Assembly: GCA_958366705.1 (NCBI GenBank)
Contig: CATXCB010000003.1
Span: 16,193-80,192, forward strand
Source: an uncultured bacterium
GTDB lineage: Bacteria > Cyanobacteriota > Vampirovibrionia > Gastranaerophilales > Gastranaerophilaceae
Direction: 5' to 3'
DNA length: 64,000 nucleotides
Shown here: piece by piece, positions 18,725 to 28,112 of the stretch
Layout: each line of letters starts with the position of its first letter
Position numbering within the stretch: position 1 is the stretch's first letter
Notes under the pieces: generated by a model
Told to the model about the DNA's origin: nothing
What the model saw: only the letters and a program-made list of their open reading frames with translations
Databases searched by the model: none
Made by a program: the position numbers and the translations under genes

Positions 18725-19945
18725 ATGAGAGAGCATAATGATTTCAAATATACTTGCCTATTTGGTGGTGGTGCTATAAGGGGAACCGCCCATATTGGTG
18801 TTTTGAAAGCTTTTAATAAACTTGGTATTGAACCTACAACTCTTGGAGGGTCATCTGTTGGCTCAATTATTGCTGCATTATATTCTGTAGGTTATAATTA
18901 TGAAGAACTTTCAGAAGTCTTTTTATCTGTTAATTTTGAATTGTTTAGGGATATTTCTCTGGGTTTTAATAATAAATTTGCACTGAGTAAAGGTGAGGTA
19001 TTTTTAGATTGGCTCAGAGAACTTATAGAACGTAAATATTATGGTGATAGCTATATTAAAGGACAAGTTAAAAGGGTTACATTTAAGGATATTAAGAGAA
19101 ATTTAATTATAATATCTACTAATATGAAAACCTTTTCATGTAAAGAGTTTTCGACTTTTGAGACTCCGGATTTTGAAATTGCAATGGCAGTTCGAATATC
19201 CTGTTGCATGCCAGGTTTAATGAGGGCTATGACATTAGGAGATGAGCTCTTAGTCGATGGGGATTTGATGAAGGGAAAACCAATGTGGTCTTTATCAAAC
19301 CATATCGAACAATCAGCAGACAGAATTCTTGAAATTCGCTTAGAGGGTTCTTTTTCAGGTTCGGATCAAAAACCTTTGGAGTATGTCAATGGTATGTATA
19401 CATGCATGACTTATTCGGAAACAGATTTTATAAAAAGCATTTATGGAAATTGTGACAGGTATGATTATCTTGTTATAGATACCGGTGATGTTATTGTTGT
19501 TGATTTTAACTACCCATCAGAAAAGAGACAGGCAATTATTGATGCGGGTTTTAAGCAGGCTATGGATTATTTTTCACGGTTTTTGCCGGAGAAAAAACAA
19601 AACTTAAGAGAAATATATTCTAATATACTTTCTGAAATGACTAAAGTTAAATCATTTTTCATGCGTAAAAAATATCAACCGGCTAAAAATGCTATTTCAG
19701 AGCTTTTTATTTATCTTTCATCTGTTCGGGATATTATTGATAGAGATTTGTATGATAGTATTTGCGTATTCCAAAAGTTACTCTCTTCAAATGTTAAGGC
19801 AACCTTGCTAGGTCGTTCAAAATGCGATAATGTTGATATACTGGCTCAAACATTAAATAATATAATTTGTGATATTGATAATCGAATTGTAAGTTTGGAA
19901 AAATATATTGAAAAATTTAAGGTTGTTAATCGCAATATCCTCTAA
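18725..19945 (+). CDS. patatin-like phospholipase with ~200-aa C-terminal extension
   Basis: Gly-rich oxyanion loop GGGAIRG, GSSVG (GxSxG) nucleophile motif and LVDGDL (DGG-type) motif. 406 aa. Confidence 0.75.
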   Translation: MREHNDFKYTCLFGGGAIRGTAHIGVLKAFNKLGIEPTTLGGSSVGSIIAALYSVGYNYEELSEVFLSVNFELFRDISLGFNNKFALSKGEVFLDWLRELIERKYYGDSYIKGQVKRVTFKDIKRNLIIISTNMKTFSCKEFSTFETPDFEIAMAVRISCCMPGLMRAMTLGDELLVDGDLMKGKPMWSLSNHIEQSADRILEIRLEGSFSGSDQKPLEYVNGMYTCMTYSETDFIKSIYGNCDRYDYLVIDTGDVIVVDFNYPSEKRQAIIDAGFKQAMDYFSRFLPEKKQNLREIYSNILSEMTKVKSFFMRKKYQPAKNAISELFIYLSSVRDIIDRDLYDSICVFQKLLSSNVKATLLGRSKCDNVDILAQTLNNIICDIDNRIVSLEKYIEKFKVVNRNIL

Positions 19946-19994
19946 ATTTGGTTAAATTTTCAATAATACTATCATTTGTTTATTCTAAGTTTTA

Positions 19995-20125
19995 AGATGC
20001 TGAAATATTATCATGATTCAGCTCTGAACTCGTTTCAATCTCAATATTTTGATAGAGCTTCGGAAATCATGAGATATGACAATTATTTATCTGCTCAGTC
20101 ATCTTGAACTTGTTTCAGGATCTGT
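19995..20125. repeat. cluster of MITE/REP-like palindromic units
   Basis: gatgctgaaatattatcatgattcagc, gagcttcggaaatcatgagatatgac and gtcatcttgaacttgtttcaggatctg. Same unit family as 4913-4988. Confidence 0.6.
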
Positions 20126-20203
20126 TTTAATCCTTACTATAACTATTCTGAATTAAATTATAGTAGGGGGGACTAGGTTAATATAACTCTTGAAATTTTC
20201 TGT

Positions 20204-20232
20204 TTGACAATAAATTTTGTTTATTATATTAT
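20204..20232 (+). promoter_or_regulatory. sigma70-like promoter for tRNA-Leu
   Basis: TTGACA (20204-20209), 17-nt spacer, TATTAT (20227-20232), located ~35 nt upstream of the tRNA 5' end. Confidence 0.45.
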
Positions 20233-20268
20233 AAATTTGTAGCCGAAAGGTTATTGAAAATTGAATAG

Positions 20269-20355
20269 GCTCCAGTGGCGGAATCGGTAGACGCGTTGGA
20301 CTTAAAATCCAATTGGGCGTATAACCCAGTGCCAGTTCAAGTCTGGCCTGGAGCA
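20269..20355 (+). tRNA. tRNA-Leu (anticodon TAA)
   Basis: 7-bp acceptor stem gctccag/ctggagc, D-arm ggcggaatcggtagacgc, anticodon loop ct-TAA-aa, long variable arm and T-arm gttcaagtc. No encoded CCA. Confidence 0.85.
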
Positions 20356-20362
20356 ATTTTAA

Positions 20363-20390
20363 AAGACTCACATATGTGAGTCTTTTTTTG
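20363..20390 (+). terminator. rho-independent terminator after tRNA-Leu
   Basis: agactcacatatgtgagtct perfect palindrome followed by TTTTTT. Confidence 0.6.
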
Positions 20391-20409
20391 CGTATAATGA
20401 TATTTATTA

Positions 20410-21192
20410 TTATAAGTATTTAAATATATTGTATCCTTTGTCTAATGATTTTTTAGTTTCTTCATCCGGTTCAAAATTTTTATTATTATCAAAGTAGAAT
20501 TGACAATGATTAGAAAAGCTAATTTCAGCAGGAATAATGAACGATGAAGTAATTACACAATTTTTTTCTAATAGGTTACAACTTTTTTCTGGTGAGTATT
20601 TATTAAAAGTTATATGATATATATCTACATTTTGTCCATTAGATTTTATTTTAAAATTCACACTAGACCCGTCAACATTTACATCTTTGAAGTGTTTTGC
20701 AAAATCTTCTGCAATTTGTATTTCTGTTGTAGTGGTAGTGAGATTAACCTTGTGAAATTCTTTTTTTAATTTAGAATACGCTGTTGCGCATTGTGTGTTT
20801 TTGATAAAGTCAGCAGGATTATCAGGTGATTTCTGCGCGAATCTAACAATTGTCATTAATATGACTATAGGAAATAATATATTTATTGTAATAGCAAATA
20901 GTCCCCAGGCAGCCTGTTTTTTCCTAAAATCTTTTGGTGCCATCCACCAATCATTTTGATATGCCCACATATTACCTTTAAATCCACAATAGAATTGTAA
21001 TATGGTAAAAAGTATCCAATTTAATCCAAAAGGTAATTGAAACCAGATTAGAGGAATTGCTAAAAGTGTAATCCAGGCCTTATTAGGAATTCCCCAGAAA
21101 AAAGTCAAAAGAAAAGCACCCCAGTTGAATTCATTTAATTCTTTAGGGATGTTTTTTCCTTTATAACCTGTAAAAAATTCTTTCACGCTCAT
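20410..21192 (-). CDS. hypothetical membrane protein (last gene of the glycan operon)
   Basis: 260 aa. Trp-rich N-terminal TM helices, then a soluble domain. Confidence 0.4.
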   Translation of the reverse strand: MSVKEFFTGYKGKNIPKELNEFNWGAFLLTFFWGIPNKAWITLLAIPLIWFQLPFGLNWILFTILQFYCGFKGNMWAYQNDWWMAPKDFRKKQAAWGLFAITINILFPIVILMTIVRFAQKSPDNPADFIKNTQCATAYSKLKKEFHKVNLTTTTTEIQIAEDFAKHFKDVNVDGSSVNFKIKSNGQNVDIYHITFNKYSPEKSCNLLEKNCVITSSFIIPAEISFSNHCQFYFDNNKNFEPDEETKKSLDKGYNIFKYL

Positions 21193-21233
21193 TGTTATAT
21201 TTTAGAATTTAATATCCAATATGTCAATTTGTG

Positions 21234-23546
21234 TTAATAATTTAGACTTTTGAGTTCTTTCATTTTAGCACTTAACTTTCTATATTTGGTTTTATAGTGT
21301 TCTCTGCGTTTTTTGTTAAATATAAGTTTTTTAAATATTCCACATTTTAAATATTCCACATATAGTTTGTTCTTGTTGTTTACAAGAATAATTCTGCGGG
21401 TATTTTCTGCAGTTTCAGTATTAAGTCTATCCATTTGAGCAAAGAAAAGATTGTCTTCGTTAGAAAATTCTTTGCTAATTTTAGGGGCTTCAATCGCGTT
21501 AAGTAACCAGGTTTTAGAACGTTCAAGTTCTGAATTTAATTTTTCAAATCTGTTTGTATAATCAATTTTCTTTAATAAGTCTTCTCTTGAATATATTTCA
21601 TTTGCTCTTTGTAATTGTCTGCTTTGCATATCTACGGTTTCCAACAAAGTATCAAGTCTTGTATCATTTTCTCCCGTTCTTGGAGAGATAACTAGAAAAT
21701 TCTTTTGGAACATTAATGCAAAACAGGTTCCATGGAACGAATCGCCTATATAGTATTCACAGTTTTTGATATAATATAACCAATCTTCAACAGGGAGTTT
21801 ACCTTTCATATCAACGGGTTTTAAACCTAATTTATCTGCAACAAAATTTATTGCTTTTTTCTTTTCCGGCGTCATAGTTATTATATAATATGCCAAAAAT
21901 TTAGATTCTTTTTTTGATGACGTTTCAGCTATTTTTTCGTATTTACTTCTATCTATGTAGAATACAGGATCCCATATCTGCGTACTTGTCAGATTAAATG
22001 TGTTTTTAAGGATATCAACTCCGCTATTTTCTCTTACTGATAATGCATCAAAACGCTGCAGGTATTTTTGCATAATTGTTTTGTTGGTTTCAGAGCCATC
22101 ATATGATGGTATTCCAAAACTTGCTGAACAAGATATTTTCTTTGAGGTATCATCGGCAAAGTTTAAAAAGTATTTATCTCTATGGTGTTCAACACACCAA
22201 TCCCTAAACACCTGATCTGAACCTACAAGAAATGTTCTAATATCATTGTTCAAATTCTTTAAATCTATATAATCCTGGCAAAAACTTGTAGTCTCTAGGT
22301 ATTCTTTTTCAAATTTTTCACTAATACTATTTTTGTGAAGTTTTTTTTCTATTCTAGGATAATAATTAATTGTTTTTGGATTGTATCCATTTTCTTTTAG
22401 AAATTCGTTTATTGCATAATTTGTTAAGATTGCCCCTCTGTTCGGTACATACCAGAAGTTCATAATTCCAATATTATTTTCTTTTCCTATAGTTTTTTCA
22501 TATGCAGTGGTGAAAGAATTTGTTTCTAAGAGTTTGTAAAATTTATTTCTTAATCTATGAGCTTTAAACGGTTTTTCACAAGCTCTTTGTCTTGCATATT
22601 TTAAAGGAACTTCTTTCAATCGTTTAATTGATGGTTTTATATTGGACAATATCATTTCACCTTTAGGTGTATTTATCATATAAATTGAAGTTCCTAATTT
22701 ATCATCAAGCTTTCTATCAAATTTTTTTATTCCCCAGAAATCTGCAAGTGTTATATCACTTTGACGTGGTAGTGTAGCATATTTGCATTGTTCACAGGTT
22801 TCACTCATTGCAAGTTTTGAGTGATACACTTTCATATATTTATTATCTTTAAATTTTTTATTATTTTTTGTTATTACAACAGAGGAGCAGCTCCAGCCTG
22901 CTAGCTCTTTATCTCTAAAATTGATATTATCAATATCTCCAGCCATTTCATCAATGTATTTTTTATATACTTTTTGAGACGGGGCATACGTACAGTAAAT
23001 ATCTACAAGTATAAGTTTTTCATAATCTTTTTGTAAAAAATGCTTTAGACCTGCCACCTGACAAGGACAACCTGAAAATAAAACGTATGTATCTTTTTCA
23101 AGTAGTTCTTTTATGTTTTTAAAAAGATTTTCTGAAATTTTACTTTGAACATATTTTGAACCTTTTAATTTATTTAAATCATTTTGGTTGTTAATGATAA
23201 TGTGTTCAACGTCAAAATTATTATTAAATGCTGCGCCTGCTACATAACCATTTTGAGCTAAAACCCATTCCGCAATTAAGCTGAAAGCTCCACCGGAGGC
23301 ACATTGTTTTCTGAGTTCATCTTTTGCAATAATCGCGTATGTTTTGGGTTCTTTATATTTTGTTTCTGTGTAATTTAAAGATGGACATGTTTTTTTACAT
23401 AATCCACAATTGGTACACTTATTTTGGTCAATATGTGGTCTGTAAAATCCATTTTTATCTTGAATTATTGAAATAGCATTGTGCGGGCAAATATTTGCGC
23501 ATGCTGCACAACCCGTACATTGATTATTCTCTGTTATTTGTTCCAT
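21234..23546 (-). CDS. fusion: 2x[4Fe-4S] ferredoxin + coenzyme F420 hydrogenase/dehydrogenase beta-subunit-like domain + polysaccharide pyruvyl transferase domain
   Basis: N-terminal CTGCAACANICP and CTNCGLCKKTCP motifs, an FrhB/FpoF-like middle domain, and a C-terminal half containing the LVGSDQVF pyruvyl-transferase-type motif. 770 aa. Confidence 0.6.
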   Translation of the reverse strand: MEQITENNQCTGCAACANICPHNAISIIQDKNGFYRPHIDQNKCTNCGLCKKTCPSLNYTETKYKEPKTYAIIAKDELRKQCASGGAFSLIAEWVLAQNGYVAGAAFNNNFDVEHIIINNQNDLNKLKGSKYVQSKISENLFKNIKELLEKDTYVLFSGCPCQVAGLKHFLQKDYEKLILVDIYCTYAPSQKVYKKYIDEMAGDIDNINFRDKELAGWSCSSVVITKNNKKFKDNKYMKVYHSKLAMSETCEQCKYATLPRQSDITLADFWGIKKFDRKLDDKLGTSIYMINTPKGEMILSNIKPSIKRLKEVPLKYARQRACEKPFKAHRLRNKFYKLLETNSFTTAYEKTIGKENNIGIMNFWYVPNRGAILTNYAINEFLKENGYNPKTINYYPRIEKKLHKNSISEKFEKEYLETTSFCQDYIDLKNLNNDIRTFLVGSDQVFRDWCVEHHRDKYFLNFADDTSKKISCSASFGIPSYDGSETNKTIMQKYLQRFDALSVRENSGVDILKNTFNLTSTQIWDPVFYIDRSKYEKIAETSSKKESKFLAYYIITMTPEKKKAINFVADKLGLKPVDMKGKLPVEDWLYYIKNCEYYIGDSFHGTCFALMFQKNFLVISPRTGENDTRLDTLLETVDMQSRQLQRANEIYSREDLLKKIDYTNRFEKLNSELERSKTWLLNAIEAPKISKEFSNEDNLFFAQMDRLNTETAENTRRIILVNNKNKLYVEYLKCGIFKKLIFNKKRREHYKTKYRKLSAKMKELKSLNY

Positions 23547-24649
23547 ATTTTAAATTCCTTTTTTTCTGATAGTTTTTTTATTATGTTGTCAATAGTTTTG
23601 CTTTCATCATCTACGACAAGTTCTAAAAATTTCTTTTTAAACATATTATTAATCGAGCTAACTTCAAACATTGTGTCTTCAAATGTTTTATCCTTTCTAC
23701 GTTTGAAGCACCTGTTGATTTCTTCAATTTGTGCCTCTTCTGTTATTGTTATGAATCTCATTGATTTTGGATATAGAACTATTTGATTTTTTGCACCCAT
23801 GATTGTGATTATGTCTGTAAATCCAGATCTTAACGTTATATTTGTGTGGCATAGCGTGGCAAAATAACTTTCCTCAAATAATGGCAAAAATACTTTTTCA
23901 AAATTTTCAAATTGTTTTCTCTTTGTATTAAAAATAACTTTATATCCAATGTCTTCTAATTTAGAGGTTAAATTTGTCCAAAATTCAATACTTATTTCTT
24001 TTGAATCATATGAATGAGCATCTGGAGTTATGAGTATAACTTTTTTATCCTCAGAAATGTTTTTGTACAATTCTTCAACTTTATCTTTTACAATTTCTGG
24101 GACAACTGGTGTTTCCGGTATCGGGTCAGTAAGTTTAAACATTTTAGCGTATAATTCAAAAAAATTGGTAACATTAAGAGTTTCGACTTCTTTAAATACG
24201 TGATGAGACATTTCATAAAGATGTCCTTTAGTTAAACCATGTTTATTATGTTCACTGAATCCTTTATTTGTGCATAGTGCATAATAAAATTCAGGACATA
24301 CTTTTAGTGTTTCGTCTGCAAATTTAAATGTGTTTATGAATTGCAGCTGGGTATCTCCAGCGTAAAGTATTAGTATCTTGCCTCCATTTTGTCTTTTGAA
24401 TTCATCAAGTAACGCGCAGCACATCAAAAAATCACCCCAGGGCCAAAATGTTGAGAATATCCAGTAATCTGGATATTTGTTTTCAAGTTCTTGTATAAAT
24501 AAATTTAATGCGGGTGGAATAAACTTAGCATTAGCTTTTTTTCTTAGAGCTAGCCTAAGAGATCTTGAAAACGGAATTAAATTTATTAGTGATTTTGTTA
24601 TTTTAAGTTTTTTTAAACTATTATATTGCTGCATTTTATACTTTCTCAT
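23534..24649 (-). CDS. hypothetical protein, GT9-like (heptosyltransferase-fold) glycosyltransferase candidate; paralog of 28109..29242
   Basis: C-terminal ITLRSGFTDIITIMGAKNQIVLYP resembles the GT9 vDtGlsHLaAAl..P.i.lyGP motif. Shares the (S/T)(T/P)DA...(I/L)(S/T)LRSG(L/F) pattern with the 377-aa neighbour. Confidence 0.35.
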   Translation of the reverse strand: MRKYKMQQYNSLKKLKITKSLINLIPFSRSLRLALRKKANAKFIPPALNLFIQELENKYPDYWIFSTFWPWGDFLMCCALLDEFKRQNGGKILILYAGDTQLQFINTFKFADETLKVCPEFYYALCTNKGFSEHNKHGLTKGHLYEMSHHVFKEVETLNVTNFFELYAKMFKLTDPIPETPVVPEIVKDKVEELYKNISEDKKVILITPDAHSYDSKEISIEFWTNLTSKLEDIGYKVIFNTKRKQFENFEKVFLPLFEESYFATLCHTNITLRSGFTDIITIMGAKNQIVLYPKSMRFITITEEAQIEEINRCFKRRKDKTFEDTMFEVSSINNMFKKKFLELVVDDESKTIDNIIKKLSEKKEFKIWNK

Positions 24650-25301
24650 ATTTTAATTCTTTAAACTTTTTTATTGCTTCTTTATATGTTCTATCTTTCC
24701 TGAATAATGTTGCGGTGCCAAGAATATAACCTTTTACACCCAGAGTAGACCACTTTTCAATTCTTTCCGGTGTTACAGCTCCGTCCAGTACAATATCAAA
24801 ATTATATTCTTCTCTTAATTTAAGGAGTTTTTCTATTTTTTTATCAACGTAATCTAAATACTGTCTGCCTGCGTGCCCTGGATTTACTCCAAGCACAAGA
24901 ACCCTATCTACAGTATTTAATAATTCTTCAATACTTGGGATTGAAGTCCCGGGATTAATCGCAATTCCTGCTATTGCTCCAGCTCTATGTATTTTTTCAA
25001 TCGTAGTGGCAGGATCACTGTCTACTTCCGGATGAATGTAGATAATATCTATACCCAATTTGAATAGGATATCTAAATAGTTATAAGGTTTTCTTACCAT
25101 TAGATGTGCATCTACTTTTTTAGTTGTTGCTTTTTTTATAAATGCCATATCTTGGTAACCCATACCAAAGTTATCAACAAAACTTCCATCCATAATATCA
25201 ATATGAAAAGAATCTATGCCTGCTTGTTCCAGCTCATAAACTTCTTTTTCAAGATTTGCATAATTCGCGCACATCATTGATGCAGAAAGTTCAATATCCA
25301 T
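24636..25301 (-). CDS. ribulose-phosphate 3-epimerase family protein (Rpe / allulose-6-P epimerase-like)
   Basis: SMMCANYANL, HIDIMDGSFV, DAHLMV and VNPGHAG align with the Rpe motifs. Confidence 0.75.
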   Translation of the reverse strand: MDIELSASMMCANYANLEKEVYELEQAGIDSFHIDIMDGSFVDNFGMGYQDMAFIKKATTKKVDAHLMVRKPYNYLDILFKLGIDIIYIHPEVDSDPATTIEKIHRAGAIAGIAINPGTSIPSIEELLNTVDRVLVLGVNPGHAGRQYLDYVDKKIEKLLKLREEYNFDIVLDGAVTPERIEKWSTLGVKGYILGTATLFRKDRTYKEAIKKFKELKYEKV

Positions 25302-26206
25302 TATTTCTCCTCCTTTATGACAGGTCTTGCTATTATAAAGTTTGATTTGTTCAATTTAATTCCTTCATTTGGTTCAATAATGATTGTGGTGCCTGTTTGA
25401 ATTTTGCAATTTTCTATAATTGTTTCACCGTTTAATACTGTTAGACATTCCAGAGTATTACTATTATTTTTGTATTCGGTTGTATCCTCATATAGTTTGG
25501 TAGAATACAAACGTTCTATAATTTCTTCTCCATTATATTTTCTAGTTTTAGATTTAAGTTTAGTATTAATGGCTTTAAGTGCTTTATCTATATGCAGTTC
25601 CCTTTTATTACCATTTTTATCTTTCCTGTTAAAATCAAAAAATCTGTAAGTTAGGTTGCAGTTTTCTTCAATTTCATAGAATAAAGCTCCATGTGTTGCA
25701 GCATGCATTGTTCCTTGTTCGACAAAAACATAGTCATTTTCACCTATCTGTAGATGATCGATGACGTCTTCTTCTACGCGGTTCTCATTAATTTTTTGTT
25801 CAATTTCTTCAATTGTAGATACTCTGCATCCATTAAATAGCCATCTATTTGTTGGTGGTTCTATAAAGTACCATGATTCGTTTTTCCCAAATGGGCGATT
25901 CTCTATTTCTTGAGCACACTTATCATCTGGATGAACCTGAATACTTAAATCTTCCTTTGGATCGACTAGTGCAATGACAAATGGGAAACTCTCAAATTTG
26001 GCTAAACCGAATTTCGCTTTATTCTCTTGAAAATATTCTTTAAATTTTCGATTTTTATATTCACCGTTTATGATTTCACTTTCGAATTCACCGTTGGAAA
26101 CCAGTGAATATAAATGACCTAGTTTATCATGGCTTTCCGGTGCAAATGGAACCAATTTGGTACCGCCCCATATTGTTTCGTGTGAAACAGGTTTTAATAT
26201 ATGCAT
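25301..26206 (-). CDS. class I mannose-6-phosphate isomerase (Bacillus ManA/Pmi type, cupin)
   Basis: LKPVSHETIWGG and QVHPDD motifs. 301 aa. Confidence 0.75.
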   Translation of the reverse strand: MHILKPVSHETIWGGTKLVPFAPESHDKLGHLYSLVSNGEFESEIINGEYKNRKFKEYFQENKAKFGLAKFESFPFVIALVDPKEDLSIQVHPDDKCAQEIENRPFGKNESWYFIEPPTNRWLFNGCRVSTIEEIEQKINENRVEEDVIDHLQIGENDYVFVEQGTMHAATHGALFYEIEENCNLTYRFFDFNRKDKNGNKRELHIDKALKAINTKLKSKTRKYNGEEIIERLYSTKLYEDTTEYKNNSNTLECLTVLNGETIIENCKIQTGTTIIIEPNEGIKLNKSNFIIARPVIKEEK

Positions 26207-26215
26207 AATTTCTCC

Positions 26216-26602
26216 CTATAATGTTTTGTCAATAATTACTTCCAATGATGCTAAACCTTCATTTCTGTTAGGACTTACTGCGTATGCACACTTTAGACCC
26301 GATGGTTTATTATCATTGAGAAGTATTCTTTCACCCATTGGCATTTCAAAAAGTAGTTCATTATATCTGATATTGTGCTTTTTTAAAAATGCTTCGGTTT
26401 TTTCTCGGGCTTGTTTTTCCCTAGCTGTCATAATCAAGATAAAATCATCACCAGGTAAAGACTGTAGAAATTCTTTAGCTCCAGGTAAAAATTTATCTTC
26501 TCCTGTTTTGTATCCGTTATGTTCAACAAGAGTTCCGTCAAAATCAAATATCCATGTCTTACTTAGAGAGGATAGTCTCAAAGTATTCTCTTTTAAAAGC
26601 AT
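26216..26602 (-). CDS. HAD-superfamily phosphatase-like small protein
   Basis: FDFDGTL motif I. 128 aa. Overlaps the 5' neighbour by 44 nt. Confidence 0.5.
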   Translation of the reverse strand: MLLKENTLRLSSLSKTWIFDFDGTLVEHNGYKTGEDKFLPGAKEFLQSLPGDDFILIMTAREKQAREKTEAFLKKHNIRYNELLFEMPMGERILLNDNKPSGLKCAYAVSPNRNEGLASLEVIIDKTL

Positions 26603-28112
26603 TATTTTCTCCTTCTATGCATTCATTTAGCAAATACAATCCGTTATAGTATGCAACACACATTGAATCAAAATCCTCCCAAGCATGGCTTGCCAGTGAC
26701 AACCAGATTATTGAATGTATAATTTTGATTTCTTTAAGGTTACAATTTGGGATTTTTGACAGGAAGTAAGCTGTCATTGATTCCCAGCCGCCTGATTTTA
26801 TTGCGTATTCAACGCCATCATCGGTTATATCCAGTTTGAAATTCTTTATATTAAACTGGTCAAAGTTTCCCTGGATTGAATAGTATAATTTTGCCCAGTC
26901 ATATCGAATATCACCAAGTACCTGCTGGCTGCCAAAGTAGCCGCGAGCATCAATAAAGTAGATTTTACCGTTTTTATCTATCATTGTATTTGTTAGTGTG
27001 CAATCACCGTGTATCGGGCAGTATGTTGTATTAAACAGATTTTGCTCTACTATTCTTTTCAGCAGACTAGGGCAAGTGATAATATTTTTACATCTTTTGC
27101 CGTTTATCATAATGTAGTCATCATTTGAAAATGGTATTGCCTGTCTGATACTTTGTATTCTTGAAATTGTCTTTTTGTAGTATTCTTCTTCCAAATCCCA
27201 GTAATTTTTTTCTGCTGTTTCATAACTATGCAGTTTTGTTACACTTGTTATTAAACTATCTATAACCTTTGTTTTTTCGGCTATATTTAGTTTTGTATTG
27301 AAGATATTTGTTCCATTAATTTTACTCATTGTCAGCGGGTTGAGTGAATATATTTCAGGAATCGAATCAAAACCATATTCTGTCATTTTTTTATACCATA
27401 CAACCTCTCTGTCAATAAGTTTTTCTCCCTCTTTTGTTAGTCCGGACTTAATTACTTTATCTTTTGTAAATTCCATTTTGTTATACGGTCTACAGCGATT
27501 TTCTGTTGTTGATAATTTGTTTATTGCTTCAAGTGTACCTACTTCTTTTGAATTTGAAAGCGATATAGCATTCAAGGTTATATTTGAGTTTTTCAACCAA
27601 GTTGTAAATGAACCTGTTTCCGGAAAATCTTTAAAATAACTTTTGTTATTAAAAATATAGCATCCGGCAACACCGTATTCGGTTGATGGAAATTTTTCAA
27701 GTTTTCCGTTTTTAAAACTCCAGCTGCATTTGAAATTTCCTGATAAACCAATATAGCATTTAGATGAATCTAATTTTGATAAATCGAATTCCTCACTAAG
27801 CAATAAATCCGACCATATAAGCATAAATTGCTCATTATCAGGAATAAATTCAAGTGCTTGTTTTATTCCACAGGCATTCCCTTTACCCTCTGATTTTACA
27901 AGTATGTATTTTGCTTTTGCAAAGGTTTGCAGGTAATTTTCAAGTACTTTAAATTTGTAGTCTCCAATTATCACGAATTCTGCATCCGGAAATTTTTTGA
28001 ACATGTGAAATATTATAGGTAGATTATTAACCGGCACAATACATTTTGGTTTATTATGCGTAAGGTGTTCAAGTCTTGTTCCTTTTCCTCCTGCTTGAAT
28101 AACTATTTTCAT
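26559..28112 (-). CDS. bifunctional sugar-/alcohol-phosphate nucleotidyltransferase (N-terminal) + APH/choline-kinase-fold kinase (C-terminal)
   Basis: N-terminal MKIVIQAGGKGTRL nucleotidyltransferase signature. C-terminal HGDCTLTNTMI...IDARG (HGDxxxxN Brenner motif). The arrangement is LicC-LicA-like or MurU-AmgK-like. Confidence 0.6.
   Translation of the reverse strand: MKIVIQAGGKGTRLEHLTHNKPKCIVPVNNLPIIFHMFKKFPDAEFVIIGDYKFKVLENYLQTFAKAKYILVKSEGKGNACGIKQALEFIPDNEQFMLIWSDLLLSEEFDLSKLDSSKCYIGLSGNFKCSWSFKNGKLEKFPSTEYGVAGCYIFNNKSYFKDFPETGSFTTWLKNSNITLNAISLSNSKEVGTLEAINKLSTTENRCRPYNKMEFTKDKVIKSGLTKEGEKLIDREVVWYKKMTEYGFDSIPEIYSLNPLTMSKINGTNIFNTKLNIAEKTKVIDSLITSVTKLHSYETAEKNYWDLEEEYYKKTISRIQSIRQAIPFSNDDYIMINGKRCKNIITCPSLLKRIVEQNLFNTTYCPIHGDCTLTNTMIDKNGKIYFIDARGYFGSQQVLGDIRYDWAKLYYSIQGNFDQFNIKNFKLDITDDGVEYAIKSGGWESMTAYFLSKIPNCNLKEIKIIHSIIWLSLASHAWEDFDSMCVAYYNGLYLLNECIEGENNAFKREYFETILSK

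Noticed and set aside
20153-20371. 72-aa minus-strand ORF overlapping tRNA-Leu
   Set aside because: It overlaps a confidently folded tRNA and its promoter and terminator. It is spurious.
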